Of a stretch of 64,000 nt of DNA, positions 14,428 to 28,415 are shown piece after piece. The notes below the pieces were generated by a model, which ran no database searches, was not told where the DNA came from, and was given only the letters and a program-made list of their open reading frames with translations. Source of the stretch: Octopus vulgaris (lineage: Eukaryota); the NCBI GenBank assembly GCA_951406725.2, contig OX597815.1:7254001-7318000 (forward strand), in the 5' to 3' direction. The translations under genes and the position numbers were made by a program. Within the stretch, counting starts at the first letter, position 1. Each line of letters starts with the position of its first letter.

Positions 14428-15470
14428 TTCCAGGGGTCAATATCTGGTGTGGAGTGTCATCAAGAGGGTTCACAGGACCATTTTTCTTTGATGGTATTGT
14501 TACTGGTCAAGTATACCTAAACATAAAACGCACGTCCATTTGACCTGCCATGCATGATACTTAATGGAAATAATGAATTTTTCTTTCAACAAGACGGTGC
14601 ACTGCCACACAACTGCCGAGACGTGTAACCTTACTTGAACGAGAATTTGCAAGGAAATTGGATAGGACAAAGAAATGCAGTTCAGTCTCCAGCAAGTTCT
14701 CCACATTTAACAACTGCAAACTTTATTTACGAGGCATACTAAAGTATCTGTTTCTTTATTACCCACAAGGGGCTAAACATAGGGGGGACAAACAAGGACA
14801 GACAAACGGATTAAGTCGATTACATCGACCCCAGTGCGTAACTGGTACTTAATTTATCGACCCCGAAAGGATGAAAGGCAAAGTCGACCTCGGCGGAATT
14901 TGAACTCGGAAAGTAAAGACAGACGAAATACCTATTTCTTTACTACCCACAAGGGGCTAAACATAGAGGGGACAAACAAGGACAGACAAACGGATTAAGT
15001 CGATTATATCGACCCCAGTGCGTAACTGGTACTTAATTTATCGACCCCGAAAGGATGAAAGGCAAAGTCGACCTCGGCGGAATTTGAACTCGGAAAGTAA
15101 AGACAGACGAAATACCTATTTCTTTACTACCCACAAGGGGCTAAACATAGAGGGGACAAACAAGGTACTTAATTTATCGACCCCGAAAGGATGAAAGGTA
15201 AAGTCGACCTCGGCGGAATTTGAACTCAGAACGTAGCGACGGGCGAAATACCGCGAAGCTCTTCGCCCGGCGTGCTAACGTTTCTGCCAGCTCGCCGCCC
15301 TATAAAGTATCGCAGAAAACCGGCTACACTCACGGCCCTTCAGGGAAAAACTGAGACGGCATGTGCAGCAATCCTACCGGACGCTTTGGCCAACATTAAT
15401 ACCCAAGCCGCAGTCCACCTTACTAACGAGTGTCTGGAAGCCACCCGTTTGAGCACCTCTTGCAACGGTG
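14428..15470 (+). pseudogene. Tc1/mariner DD41D (rosa-type) transposase remnant, split by a SINE array
   Basis: [18 protein letters not shown]...FFFQQDGALPH...WIGQRNAVQSPASSPHLTTAN has 41 residues between the second D and the third-D position (here N); YRRKPATL...CLEA..FEHL resumes after the SINE; stops and frameshifts. Confidence 0.75.
14747..15299 (-). mobile_element. Group A SINE: head plus 3 bodies (one deleted)
   Basis: 184-bp period (14931, 15115); flanking direct repeat TAAAGTATC at 14740-14748 and 15303-15311. Confidence 0.9.
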
Positions 15471-15853
15471 GGTGTTAAAGGTACTTGTTTTCATCCTGTG
15501 TTGTCTGAATAAATTTAGTATTAAAATATTTCAACACATTTTTTTTCTCTTGAAGTATATATTTTTTTGGCGATCTCTTCCCTCTCTCTCTCTCTCTCTC
15601 CTTTTATCTATCTATCCATCTATCTGCCTGTCTATCTCTATGTACACACACACACACACATGCGCCTGTATATATGTGTATGTGTGTGTATAATGGATAG
15701 GAGAAAGTTCAGCAACTCGTAATTACTCGCAGTTCCACCGTGAGAGGTTCACGTTAAACTTACCGATACTCAAGGCAAATACTGTTCTGCAATTGTGCTG
15801 AGTGCATCTCGTTCTGGAGGTAGTCGTACTAAGTACGATACACTTATCATCTC

Positions 15854-15900
<47 letters not shown>

Positions 15901-15999
15901 CGCACACACGCACACACGCTCCTACGCACACACGCACACACGCACATGCGCGCACACACACACACACACACACATTCTTATACATATAGGTATGTTAAA

Positions 16000-16245
16000 G
16001 ACTCCGCCGGTTACGACGACGAGGGTCCCAGCTGATACGATCAACGGAACAGCTTGCTCGTGAAATTAACGTGCAAATGGCTGAGCATTCCACAGACACG
16101 TGTACCCTTAACGTAGTTCTCGGGGATAATCAGCGTGACACAGAGAGTGACAAGGCTGACCCTTTGAAATACAAGTACAACTCATTTTTGCCAGCTGAGT
16201 GGACTGGAGCAAAGTGAAATAAAGTGTCTTGCTCAAGGACACAAC
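16000..16245 (-). mobile_element. Group C SINE, 5'-truncated (M1 + tail Y)
   Basis: 16000-16180 is nearly identical to 52491-52670; the remainder matches middle M1 of 6776-7022. Confidence 0.8.
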
Positions 16246-16322
16246 ATATAGGTATGTATGCATAAATGAATTCTACAACTATATATTTACGCACATCACA
16301 CATATATATCTGTTGTTTATGT

Positions 16323-16363
<41 letters not shown>

Positions 16364-17014
16364 CATATATATATATGTATATGTTTATTATCTATGCCCA
16401 TTACATACATACACGCGCGCACACACACACATATATATATGTATGTATGTGTATATATATATACATACATCTCTCTCTCTATATATATATATACATATAT
16501 GCACATACACACACACATTCATACACACTCATTTACACATTCATATATACATTCATATATACTCATTCATACACATTCATACTTATGTGCAAGCATTCTC
16601 ACATACACATATGTGGGCTATACTTCTAATGATAAGCTTTTCTTTCAAAAGTAAATGTATATATGAATATATTGTCTATCTACTTTAAACGGACATCTGT
16701 ATACACACACACACACACACACACACAATCTCTCTCTCCCTCCCCCACTCTCTCTCCCCTTCCCTCTCTTTCTCCCTCCCTCTCTTTCTCCCTCCCTCTT
16801 TCTGCACACACACATTCACAATCTCTATACATCTATGTATGTACTATTGAAGGAAAAATGTTTTTTTATCCAAGTTGAGACACGCCCATACATACAGACA
16901 GTCATAGACATAGACTTCTATACATCTATATACATATATAAAAGTGTGGACTCATATATATATATATTTGTTATATATGCACATTACACACATACACATA
17001 TATGTATGTATATA

Positions 17015-17069
<55 letters not shown>

Positions 17070-17588
17070 GTATGTATGGTATGTATGTATGTATGTATGT
17101 ATGTATGTATGTATGTATGTATGTATGTATGTATGTATATATATATATATATGTATGGTATGTATGTATGTATGTATGTATATACATATATATATATATA
17201 TAATATATATGTATGTATGTAAGTATGCATATGTATAGTCATATGTGTATATATATATGTCACACATACACACACATACACATATACACAAGCACACGCA
17301 TACGCATTGACATAGACGTGTGCATGTATCTATATGTGTGTTTATGCGTGTGCGTGTGTGTGTGTTTGTGTTTCAGTGTGTGTATGTGTGTGTGTGTGTG
17401 TGTGCGTGTGCGACGGGCCTGCGTGCATATACAGGCTAGCTCACACTCAGGCAGAACGGTGAGGACACGCCCACCCATCTTTCAGAAGGGGACAAAAATC
17501 ACTTGTCAACACGCAACGTATACACGGTTGACTGACCTGAACAGTACTACCCAGAAAACTCTAACAACAACACCGACTACTGCTGCTG

Positions 17589-17648
<60 letters not shown>

Positions 17649-17695
17649 TCAGTGGTAACAATTATGACAATACTTTCGACTCAGTAGTAGCAGTC

Positions 17696-17772
<77 letters not shown>
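17589..17772. repeat. Inverted trinucleotide tracts (CTA)n / (TAG)n
   Basis: About 60 nt of (CTA)n, a spacer of about 35 nt, then about 90 nt of (TAG)n. Confidence 0.9.
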
Positions 17773-18319
17773 TGTAAGAGGAGGAGGAGGAGGTATATTT
17801 GACCTCAATATTAGAATTTTTCAATCACGTGAGAAATGGCAATGTTAGCTTCGGCGTGAATTGAACTCGGAACTTAAACGTATATATAACTAAATGATAA
17901 ACCTCATGTTTATCACACCAGCGCTCAGAATAGCCATTTCTGTATTTGCCACGAGGGACTCTGATGAGATGACATTACATGGACAATGATGGTGGTTTGC
18001 GTAGAAAAGATTATGAAAAAATGAAAAATAACAGCGTAAAACTAAATGTAAAATGTCCTGCGTTGGTCCCAGTCAAGGAACCTCAATGGCCCCAGAGAAT
18101 CCTAATTAATAAGAACAAGACATCGTTCCAGTTGTGTTCCCTAGTTTTTCGGTGTATGCCCAGTGTAGGCCTATCTCCAGAGTCGTCTTGGCACTATTAT
18201 AGGCCCCCCGAGCAAACCAATGCACTGGGCCCATAGTATTTATTTTATGTATACCTACATCATTATTAGTCTCCTGGACCTGTGTGACCCCCGGGCAACA
18301 TCCAAGTGTGCCCATATCG

Positions 18320-18777
18320 TGACCTGTCACGTGATTTTGTTTGAAGCCTTTTAAATTTCGCCAGATAATACATTTACTCTGTGATACACATTGATCATAC
18401 AATTAAAGAGTTCTGCTGTTTCCCTAAGCCTGGCTCGCTTCACATTTTAGTAAATTTACTGGAGGCTGAGCCGGTACTTCACACTTAGCAAAGTAAGCGA
18501 ACCCCTAAGGCGCTGAAATTTTGGTGCACCATATAAGGTGCTGGACAACTTAGACATAATTTCTAAGACATAATCCAATAAAAAACATGAAAAATTAGTT
18601 TAAAAAAAGGTGAGGTCGTTCATAGAATGGAGGAGCATAGACGTAAGGGTTATGAAGGATAGTCAAAAAGACCATGTTGTTATGACCTGTCACGTGATTT
18701 GGTTTGAAACCTTTTAAATTTCGCCAGATAATACATTTACTCTGTGATACACATTGATCATACAATTATAGAGTTCT
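18320..18777. repeat. 95-bp direct repeat pair
   Basis: TGACCTGTCACGTGATTT...GAGTTCT at 18320-18414 and 18683-18777, few mismatches. Confidence 0.85.
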
Positions 18778-19082
18778 TCTTTGCAAGTTAATTATGATTT
18801 TGGGGTTATGATTTGCGGGAGCTTTAGAAAAAAATTAGAGAGGACTGCAGTGTTTAGTCCTGGGAGAAAGTGCACATTGCAGGGCTGGTCTAGACTGCTG
18901 AATACCATCGTACCAGCTCTAATTGGAGGGTAGCATCTTCTTCACCCTCAGCAGCCGTATTGGCACAAGTCAGCAAATGCTCGGGCACTGTAAGAGATCG
19001 TGCAGCCACGAGCGTGAGGAAGTCTTGTTGTCGTGAGTGTATGTACTTTGAAAGTGTCTCCAGAGGGGTAAGTAAAGCGAAA

Positions 19083-19467
19083 TCTCTCTCTATATAAACG
19101 GCAGTTTGTCTGTGTGTGTGTGTCTGTGTGTCTGTTAGCTTGTACCCTCACCCTGACCACGCCTTTCAACCGATTCTGATGAAACTTGACGCACACATAG
19201 CCCAATGTCATAATTCAAAACTAACGCAGCGAAAATTTTGAAAAGTTCCCCCAGTTCTGAAAAAAATCGATAAATTCGACATGGGGTCGAGAATCAGAAA
19301 CACAAACCACAGACTGTCTAGGGGACGCAACTCGACCTTTTTAACTCTCAAAAAAATTTACCATCATTTTTTTCCCATTTTTTTGCTATTTTTTGGCTAT
19401 AACTCTCTAAAAATGCTTTATAGTTATTTCCCTTACAAACCCGAGCAACGCCGGGCGATACTGCTAG
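19083..19467 (+). mobile_element. Non-autonomous Helitron (chimeric interior)
   Basis: A|TCTCTCTCTATATAAA ... CCCGAGCAACGCCGGG-CGATACTG-CTAG|T. Confidence 0.82.
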
Positions 19468-19980
19468 TGAAAACATAAGACTTTAATTTACTGAAAGTTT
19501 CATTGTCATCAACTGATAGACGACAGAGATAGTAATTTTCAGGACTATTTATAATTGTACTGTCAGTAATTACAGAAACTCATGGAAATTCAAGAGATGG
19601 ATGATGACCAAACATAGAAAATGATAGCAAAGGGACTCATTGTCCTGCTTGAACAAGCCAAGCCTGCAGCCTCTTCCAAGATAATGCGTCTGTCTGCACA
19701 CATTTACAACAGGCATCTTCTCTGGCAAGCCTTTTGGTCAGTTTCACGGATATATCAAGCAGCTGTTCTGAGGTATTGGAATAACGAAGAGCCAGGTTTA
19801 TTGAGCAAATCGCTTAATAGTCAATAGGTTATTTAAATTTCTCATTTAAAAGTAATTTCTTCAAAATGCTGGTATACGGTTTCCAATATTGTGTAAGACA
19901 TTAAATCGCATATTTTCCACGTTTTTACATTTAAATTCTTATATAATTATATCCCCTTCACATCAAAGACCGGTGATTGT

Positions 19981-20025
19981 CGTGCGCTGATGACGGGTAA
20001 ATATTCAGAAACCCGGGTCCGTGCG
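19981..20025 (+). ncRNA. Minimal type I hammerhead ribozyme motif (Penelope pseudo-LTR type), canonical core
   Basis: CGTGCG-CTGATGA-CGGGTAAATATTCA-GAAA-CCCGG-GTC-CGTGCG: 6-bp stem I with two GU pairs, decayed stem II, palindromic stem III ACCCGGGT, GUC cleavage triplet ending at 20019. Confidence 0.65.
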
Positions 20026-20715
20026 TATCACGTCAGGTCGACGATGGGAAGGATGGATTCCCTTTGCAAATACTAATAGGGCACAGAAAGTGTGTCAATA
20101 GCCAGCTGGAGAAGATGTTCTCCTGGGGCTACAAGCTACAGTAGCATCAACCCTTAGTGTTTAGCCACATTTAGATGGCAAATATACTTCACATATATAA
20201 TATATAAGACTAGATTTCCTCAAATATTCTACCAGTATTATAATAATACCGGGAAACAAATTTCACAAAAAATATACAGACAGTATATACTCAAACATTC
20301 ATTATCAAAGTTTCTCATTAAAAATATTATCGTCAAAAAGTTGGTACGCAGTTTCAAGTACCAGGGAAGGTGAAAAATAATTATTTGACTGTTTCACGTT
20401 TAAATTTGTTTATACTAATAAAATATTCGGTTATTATTATATCCTCTGAATCGGACTGTTAATTTTTATTAAATTGAAATATATTCAAACATTATAAAAA
20501 TTAACCGTCCGATTTATAGAACATTAAATCTGAATATTTTAGAAATATGCAAATTTAAAGGTGAAACAATATATTTGAAACCGAGTGTTAGTTTTTTGAT
20601 GATTTCACCATTTTGATGTGCAATTTCAATAACGACAGCTTTACAAGTATATACTGTGGGGGCGGGGAGTGCATATACATATATACAAAAATATTTCTGA
20701 ATATATATATATATA

Positions 20716-20828
20716 TAACCGTGACCGACCAGGCTATCAGATGTTGCTACACATCACTGGTCACAATGCACTTCGCATTGTTTTACCCTTCAAATGATGC
20801 CACCCCGCTGGCTAAGCGAGCTGGCCAA
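20716..20828 (-). mobile_element. Solo tail-X module in (TA)n
   Basis: Same sequence as 21410-21523, 34208-34329 and, inverted, 35038-35145. Confidence 0.7.
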
Positions 20829-21402
20829 TATTTATATTTCCTGAGCGCCATACTAATACAATTGTTTGTTTGCTTCCCGTTATATATATATATATATATA
20901 TATATATGCATGTATGTATGTATCTCTCTTTACTCTTTTACTTGTTTCAGTCATTTGACTGTGGCCATACTGGAGCACTGCCTTTAGTCGAGCAAATCGC
21001 CCCTAGGACTTATTCGTTATATATACATACATAAAACGGAACACACACACATGGCCTCATGCACACATGCACCCTCACTCACGTACAGGCGCGCGCACAC
21101 GTACACGCACACACGCACACAGACATACACACACACAATGATCATCGATACTACTGTCGAGTCAGATACTGACTTTAAAGTTTTGCCAGCATTTGGTCTC
21201 GTCACCCAGCAAAATGTTGTCAGGTTTTATTGGATGTGTCTGACGCTGCGTGGATACGGCAGGTGATCGGCGGAGACCGTCCTAGTAATTAAAACGTAAG
21301 AGTTAGGATTGGTAATTGCATAATTGGTAACTATGTATACATATTTAAATAAAGAGGAATATGTACGCACACATGTACATACATCTATACATAGAAATAC
21401 AT

Positions 21403-21680
21403 ATCACCGTGATCACCGTGACCGACCAGGCTGTCAGATGTTGCTACACATCGCTGGTCACAATGCGCTTCGCATTGTTTTAGCCTTCAAATGACGCCAC
21501 CCCGCTGGCTAAGCGAGCAGGCCAACAGAAGAAAGAGTGAGAGAAAGTTGCGGCGAAAGAGTACAGCAGGGATCGCCACCACCCCCTGCCGGAGCCTCGT
21601 GGGGCTTTAGGTGTTTTCGCCCAATAAACACTCACAACTGCGAGTCCACTGCCCTAACCACTGGGCCATTGCGCCTCCAC
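21403..21680 (-). mobile_element. Group C SINE (head with deletion + middle M2 + tail X)
   Basis: Head GTGGAGGCGCAATGGCCCAGTGGTTAGGGCAG on minus; flanking direct repeat AGAAATACA. Confidence 0.8.
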
Positions 21681-21734
21681 AGAAATACACACCCACACAT
21701 ATAAATACATACATACAGAATGTATATAATATAA

Positions 21735-21940
21735 TCATTTCTACTATAGACACAAAGTCTGAAATTTAGGGGGTAGGGGTTAATTCAATTACATCGACCT
21801 CAGTACGCAACTGGTATTTATTTCACCGACACCGAAAGATGGAAGGCAAAGTCAAACTTGAAGGAATTTGAATTCAGTGCATAAAGACGGACGAAATGCT
21901 GCTAAGCGTTTTGTTCGGCGTGCTAACGATTCTGCCAGTT
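21735..21940 (-). mobile_element. Old monomeric relative of the group A SINE
   Basis: Same head and central domain, different tail (..CCCCTAAATTTCAGACTTTGTGTCTATAGTAGAAA); similar relics at about 6060-6270, 8720-8870, 9010-9220 and 36420-36535. Confidence 0.65.
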
Positions 21941-21984
21941 TTACTATATTATGATATGATATAATGGAATATAATACAGCATAA

Positions 21985-22425
21985 TCTATATATATAAAGC
22001 TGAAGTTGTCTGTGTGTGTGTAGCAGGTTTGGTAGCCTTCAACTAACACTATCTCCTCCGAGACCCTGCGGCGCAAGTTGACCAAAATTGAGAGTATGAT
22101 AGAAGAAGGCTTGCTCTTCCTTCCGTAGAAGAAAAGAATTCAAACGGATCTTGTTAACACCAAAAATTATTTACATAAAAAAGGTGCTTTTTTTCTATGA
22201 AAATCCCTATTTTTTACGATTTTTTGATTGCTGTGTCGCCATTTTTCGGTGTATTTCAGCCAGAAAAATGTTCACTTAAAGAGAATGACAAACTACATAA
22301 GGCAAAATTTTTACTTTTCAAAAAAGATCGAAACTATGTCAAAACTATGCTAACGCGACATCAAAGTCTGCCGTTTTAAGCACAACTAAAAAACAAACCC
22401 GAGCAACGCCGGGCTATACTGCTAG
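21985..22425 (+). mobile_element. Non-autonomous Helitron
   Basis: A|TCTATATATATAAA ... CCCGAGCAACGCCGGG-CTATACTG-CTAG|T. Confidence 0.82.
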
Positions 22426-22689
22426 TATAATATAAAGTAATGTAATATATGCTATAATATAATATAATATAATATAATATAATATAATATAAAATGTATA
22501 CATACGTATATACACAAGCGCACTGATAATTACCTATATATCTCAAAGATGTGCATATATACACAAGCGCGCGCACACACACACTAATTATAGTACAAGA
22601 GTGGTATGTATATGTAGTAGTGTGTCTATACACATTAAAAAACGGAAAACAAACCGCAAGTAGGTGTGCACAGACACACGCGTAAATTG

Positions 22690-24365
22690 AAAATTGTTGG
22701 GTATAAGTAATGTTTGTCGCTTTGTGAAATTTATTGGTTCATAATAATGCTTCGATATTCTGTGTCTTTTATGTTTGTATGGAGGTATTTGTTCTTACTA
22801 TTTATTTAAAATTTTTTGCTTTGAAAATCGCATTTCGAAGGACTCGTTAATACATAGCTGACATGGTTTATTGCTGTATTGGTATAGTTTAGCTTTTCAA
22901 AGGATTTTCCCAAGAAATGTTGTATGAAATATTAAAGGATTTTAAAGATCATATCTACTATTGTAGATGTTTTTATTTGATTTCTTGAAAGAGATTTAAT
23001 GCTGAATAAATCGATTTTTAAAGAAGTTCGCTGTTAACGTTGAGTGGGAGAAGGATGGAAGATGATGTTGGGGAAAAGAAGAAGTGGTTTGAGTTAGAGA
23101 GTTCGTTTTAACTCTTGCGCAGCGTATTTATACTTTTGCTAAATATTTTACTTTGTATAGGGCATTTATTTCTGTTTGTACAATTGCAATTTGGAGCATT
23201 CATATTGATGTATTAGGAATATGTAATCTTTTTAAATGCAGCGAAAAGATGAGAGATGTTTGGAGCAGTTGAGTATAAGATTTCTGTATTTTTGTTAAGC
23301 AGTTTATGATATCTATGCTCAGAAGGAAATTGTTAGTTTATTAGCTTGGAAATGCTTTTAGCACTATGGGGTGACAGGTGGATTATACCATTCTATATTT
23401 TTGATTCTGTTTCTTCTTTTGGTAGGTGTATTTATTGTATTGGAGTAATAATTCAGCTTTTCTGTAAAACTGCTTTCTGTACGAGTAAAGTAAAAATATC
23501 CCGAATTTCCAAATTATTCTCATTTGAGAACAATTTGGGAATTCTAATTGATATTCTGCGGATTAGATTGTCGATGCTTTGAGGGTAGCTTGATGATTTG
23601 TGCATATTTTAGTACTCAATTGTCTTTTGTAAGAGTAGTAGGTTAAATATTAATAAATTAATAGATTTCGGAGTACCTCGACCAGAATCATAAAGCCTAA
23701 TTGCGGAAAAACATTTAAAGAAGTCCTTTCTGGATTGAGAACAATTTGGGAATTTTAATTGATATTCTGAGGACTAGATTGTCGATGCTTTGAGGATAGC
23801 TTGATGATTTGTGCATATTTTAGTACTCAATTGTCTTTTGTAGGAGTAGTAGGTTAAATATTAATAAATTAATAGATTTCGGAGTACCTCGACTAGAATC
23901 ATAAAACCTAATTTCGGAAAAGCATTTACAGAAGTCCTTTCTGGATTAATTGGTTATCGTCCTTTGAATTTCCGGAGATTGATGAGGCTGTCGTCCTTGT
24001 ATAACCCATCAGATATGAACGGGACTTTGTCATATAGGAGATAAGTTCATTTTTATTGGCAGAAGTTTTGATATTACAATGCCGCCGAAAGATATGTTAT
24101 CTTCTTTTCTTTTTGTTATAGAGGAATGTTTTAATAAAGTAGAATGTGGATTTTCATGCTTTGAAGAACGTTTCGATAATCGTTGGCTTTATGCAGTGAT
24201 GGTATTTGCAAAATTAATGGCATCTTTTCATATGGATTTCGTAATTGACGGATAAAAAGTCACAGATAACGAATTGGAAACAACAATAATATTTTGTGTT
24301 ATTTTGAATGGAGTGGAACCAATTGATGATAGTTGTTGAACGGTTCTAAGGTGGTTGAGAGGCCA
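22690..24365 (-). pseudogene. Penelope-like reverse transcriptase / GIY-YIG remnant with an internal 211-bp tandem duplication
   Basis: GLYKDDSLI (GLYRDDGL-type catalytic motif, about 23981-24007), HKSSSYPQSIDNLIRRISIRIPKLFSNE, HRYHKLLNKNTEILYSTAPN; 23524-23734 is duplicated at 23735-23945. Confidence 0.75.
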
Positions 24366-24756
24366 TTTAATATGGGGAATAAAAAAAAATCAATAATTGA
24401 TTTGCAATTTCGCTATCAGCTCTGAATAATAGGTTAATGAGTGTGTTTAATGTGTGTATGTGTGTCAATGAATACAAATGAATTCTATACTTACACTTAC
24501 ATATATGTGTGTGTGTACGAGTGTACATAGACACACACACACGCATATACACAGAAGTTTGGCGGTATGAAAAGGGAAAAAGAACTCAATACGTAAAGTA
24601 GAGTTTATGTATAAATTTATTAGCTGTAAAGAACTCTACATACGTCAAAGAGGTGCCAGGCACATTGTACGAAACTCCTGGCCTTTGAATCATTTATGTA
24701 GTTTTACAGACCTCTCTCGCTATACCCATCTCTGATTGAATGTATGTGTGTATGTG

Positions 24757-24807
<51 letters not shown>

Positions 24808-24828
24808 TGTTTAAATCTTTTATTAGTT

Positions 24829-25142
24829 ACCTTTTACTTCTTTCAGTGATCAGACGGCGGCCACGCTGGAGTATCACCTTGAGGAATATTAGTCGAACGA
24901 ATTATTTTTTAAGCCTGGTACATATTCAATCGTACCCTTTTGCTCTTTTACTGAACCGCTATTTATGGGGGCGTAAACACACCAACACGGGTTAGCAAGC
25001 GGTGTTCATACACACATGCGTATAATATACAGTCCTATATATACATATATACACGACAAGCTCCTTTCAGTTTCTGTCTACCAATTCCACTCACAAGACT
25101 TGGTCAGCCCGCGGCCATATTAGAAGACACACTTGCCCTAGG
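24829..25142 (-). mobile_element. Group B SINE, degenerate
   Basis: Colinear with the group B copies; other partial copies at 20925-21014, 29983-30216, 57125-57290 and 61066-61220. Confidence 0.7.
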
Positions 25143-25146
25143 AGCC

Positions 25147-26100
<954 letters not shown>

Positions 26101-26179
26101 AAATAGTTAAACAAGATGGATGGCAGTCGGGCGACATTGTCATCATAACAAGATAAAGACTGATGGACGCGAGACAGGA

Positions 26180-26900
26180 CGGTGGCAGCAATGGCGGCAA
26201 CGGTAGCAATGGCGGCGGCGGCAGTGATGCTGCAGTGTTGTTGATGTGGAAGCGATGGTGGATCGGAGGCGGTGTGGTGGCGATGGAATGGTGAAGTGGT
26301 GGCGTTGATGCTGGTGGAAGTAGATATACTGGTGGTATTGGTGTTGGCAGTAGCATGGGTTTTAGTATAGAGGAAGGGGCTGTTGTTGTTGTTTGTGGTG
26401 GTTCTGGTGGTAGTGGTGGTACTGGTGGGAGTAGTGGCGCTGGTGGTAGTTATGGTGCTGGCAGTAGTAGTGGTGGTGGTGGTGTCGATGGTGGTGGTAC
26501 TGGTTGTAGTGTTGGAATAGTACTGGTGGTAGTGGTGGGAGTGATATTACTGGTGGCAGTCGTGGGAGTGATGGTACTGGTGCTAGTGGTGGTGGTGGCG
26601 GTGGTAGTGGTGGTGGTACTAGCAGTTGTGGTACTGGCAGTGGTGGTGGTGGTGGTGGTTGTGGTGGTGGTTGTTGTTGTGGTGGTGGTGGTAGAGGTGG
26701 TGATTTAGAGGGTTGTTGTTGTTGCTGTTGCTGTTGTCATTTGGTTGCGGTGGTGATATGTGTGTGTGTGTGTGTATGGGGGGAGGGGGAATCGATGGAA
26801 GTGATGCTGCTTGGGGATGGTGTCGGCGCTGGTAGCTTTAGCAATGTTGATGCTAGTAGTTATGCGGTGGTGGTCGTGGTCGTGTTGGTCGCCTTGCCAG
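26180..26900. repeat. Degenerate (GGT/GTT)n low-complexity tract
   Basis: Directly visible. Confidence 0.85.
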
Positions 26901-26991
26901 AGTAGGGGAAGACGATTCGAAGTATATTCATAGTGAAAAGCAGATATAAAAATATATATATACATATATATATACATTTATATATACATAT

Positions 26992-27022
<31 letters not shown>

Positions 27023-27476
27023 GATATATACAGAGAGAGAGAAAGAGAGGAAGAGAGAGAGAGAGCGGGAAAAAGAGGATGAGGAGGGAGAGAAGGAGGA
27101 GTATATTTATGGGAAGATAGATAAGAATGGTTAGAATGGAGTGGTGTACGGGTGGGTGATGTAGTATGTAATTAATTAGTGTCTACTTTGTTATGCCAAC
27201 ATCACTTACATCTCCTTTGATGACTGGCCCACTAACTCATCACACACATCACACACACGTATACATACCACAAGCGCACGCATACGTATTTATTTATATA
27301 CATTTGTGTAAGTGTGTATGTGTGTGTATAAGTGTGTGTGTAAGTGTATGCGTGTTGTCTATGTTTGTGTGTGAAAAGTGTGTATGTAAATAGTCATGGT
27401 CTTTTATACATACCAAGAGAAAACAGCGGTTGAGCTTATAAAGCAGCGAACAGAATCAGGAATCATATATATACAT

Positions 27477-27515
<39 letters not shown>

Positions 27516-27540
27516 TATATACATATATATATACACACAC

Positions 27541-27625
<85 letters not shown>

Positions 27626-28415
27626 TATAATATGTCAGAGACAGAGAGGGATAGAGAGAGGGAGATATACGGAGAGCGAGAGAGGGGGGGACAGAGATGG
27701 CGTAGGATAGAGGGGAGGAAGGAGACGTGTGTGTACATGTGTACATGAATGTGTGTAAAAGATGAAAAAGAAGTGACTGAAAAACGCACAGACCTACATG
27801 TACATACATGCATATAGATTTATGTGTGTGTGTGTGTGTGTGTGTTTGTAGCTGTGCACATATCACGTATTTATTGAGATATTTATACATTATAATGATA
27901 TACATTTCTTGTGAAGCGATCCTCACATGAGAAAATAATGACATAAATATATCATAAATTATATATTACATATATCTTTAACAGACCTGCACAAAGAATG
28001 ATTCTTTGCAGTACGCCTCAACCCCACCATCCACAGCAGCTGCCTAAACTGCTAAGTCTAACTTTGTCTTCTCCCTCCCTCTATCTGTCTTATCCTCTCT
28101 CTCTCTCTCTCACTCTTTTTTCCCTTCCTTTCTTTCTTGTTCTATCTCTCTCCCTTTTCTCTTCCCCCCCTCTCCCTCTCTCTCTATATAACTTTATCAA
28201 GATATGTCGGCTGCAATGTCTTTTCATACACGAAATACACGAAATAAGGCCATGTTCGTATTTATTCTATCGTAAATTTCATGGGACGAGGAAGATATCT
28301 TCGTGATTGTGGATGGTTGTCTTGCGTGTGATGAGTCTAATGTGGAATGGACTCTAGTAGCTTTACGTGCACGCACGTACACACACGTACACACACAGAT
28401 TCATATTTCCATATA

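Noticed and set aside
17960-17985. Other CTGATGA matches (also about 2734, 3025, 10438) as hammerheads
   Set aside because: No stem II plus GAAA and no stem I closure. A further candidate at 2446-2485 (minus) is too degenerate to call.
24624-24710. Imperfect 87-nt hairpin as a pre-miRNA
   Set aside because: Too many bulges and a large loop; no known mature sequence recognised.
27190-27210. Partial match to miR-31 (GATGTTGGCATA on minus)
   Set aside because: Only 12 nt, seed absent, no precursor hairpin.
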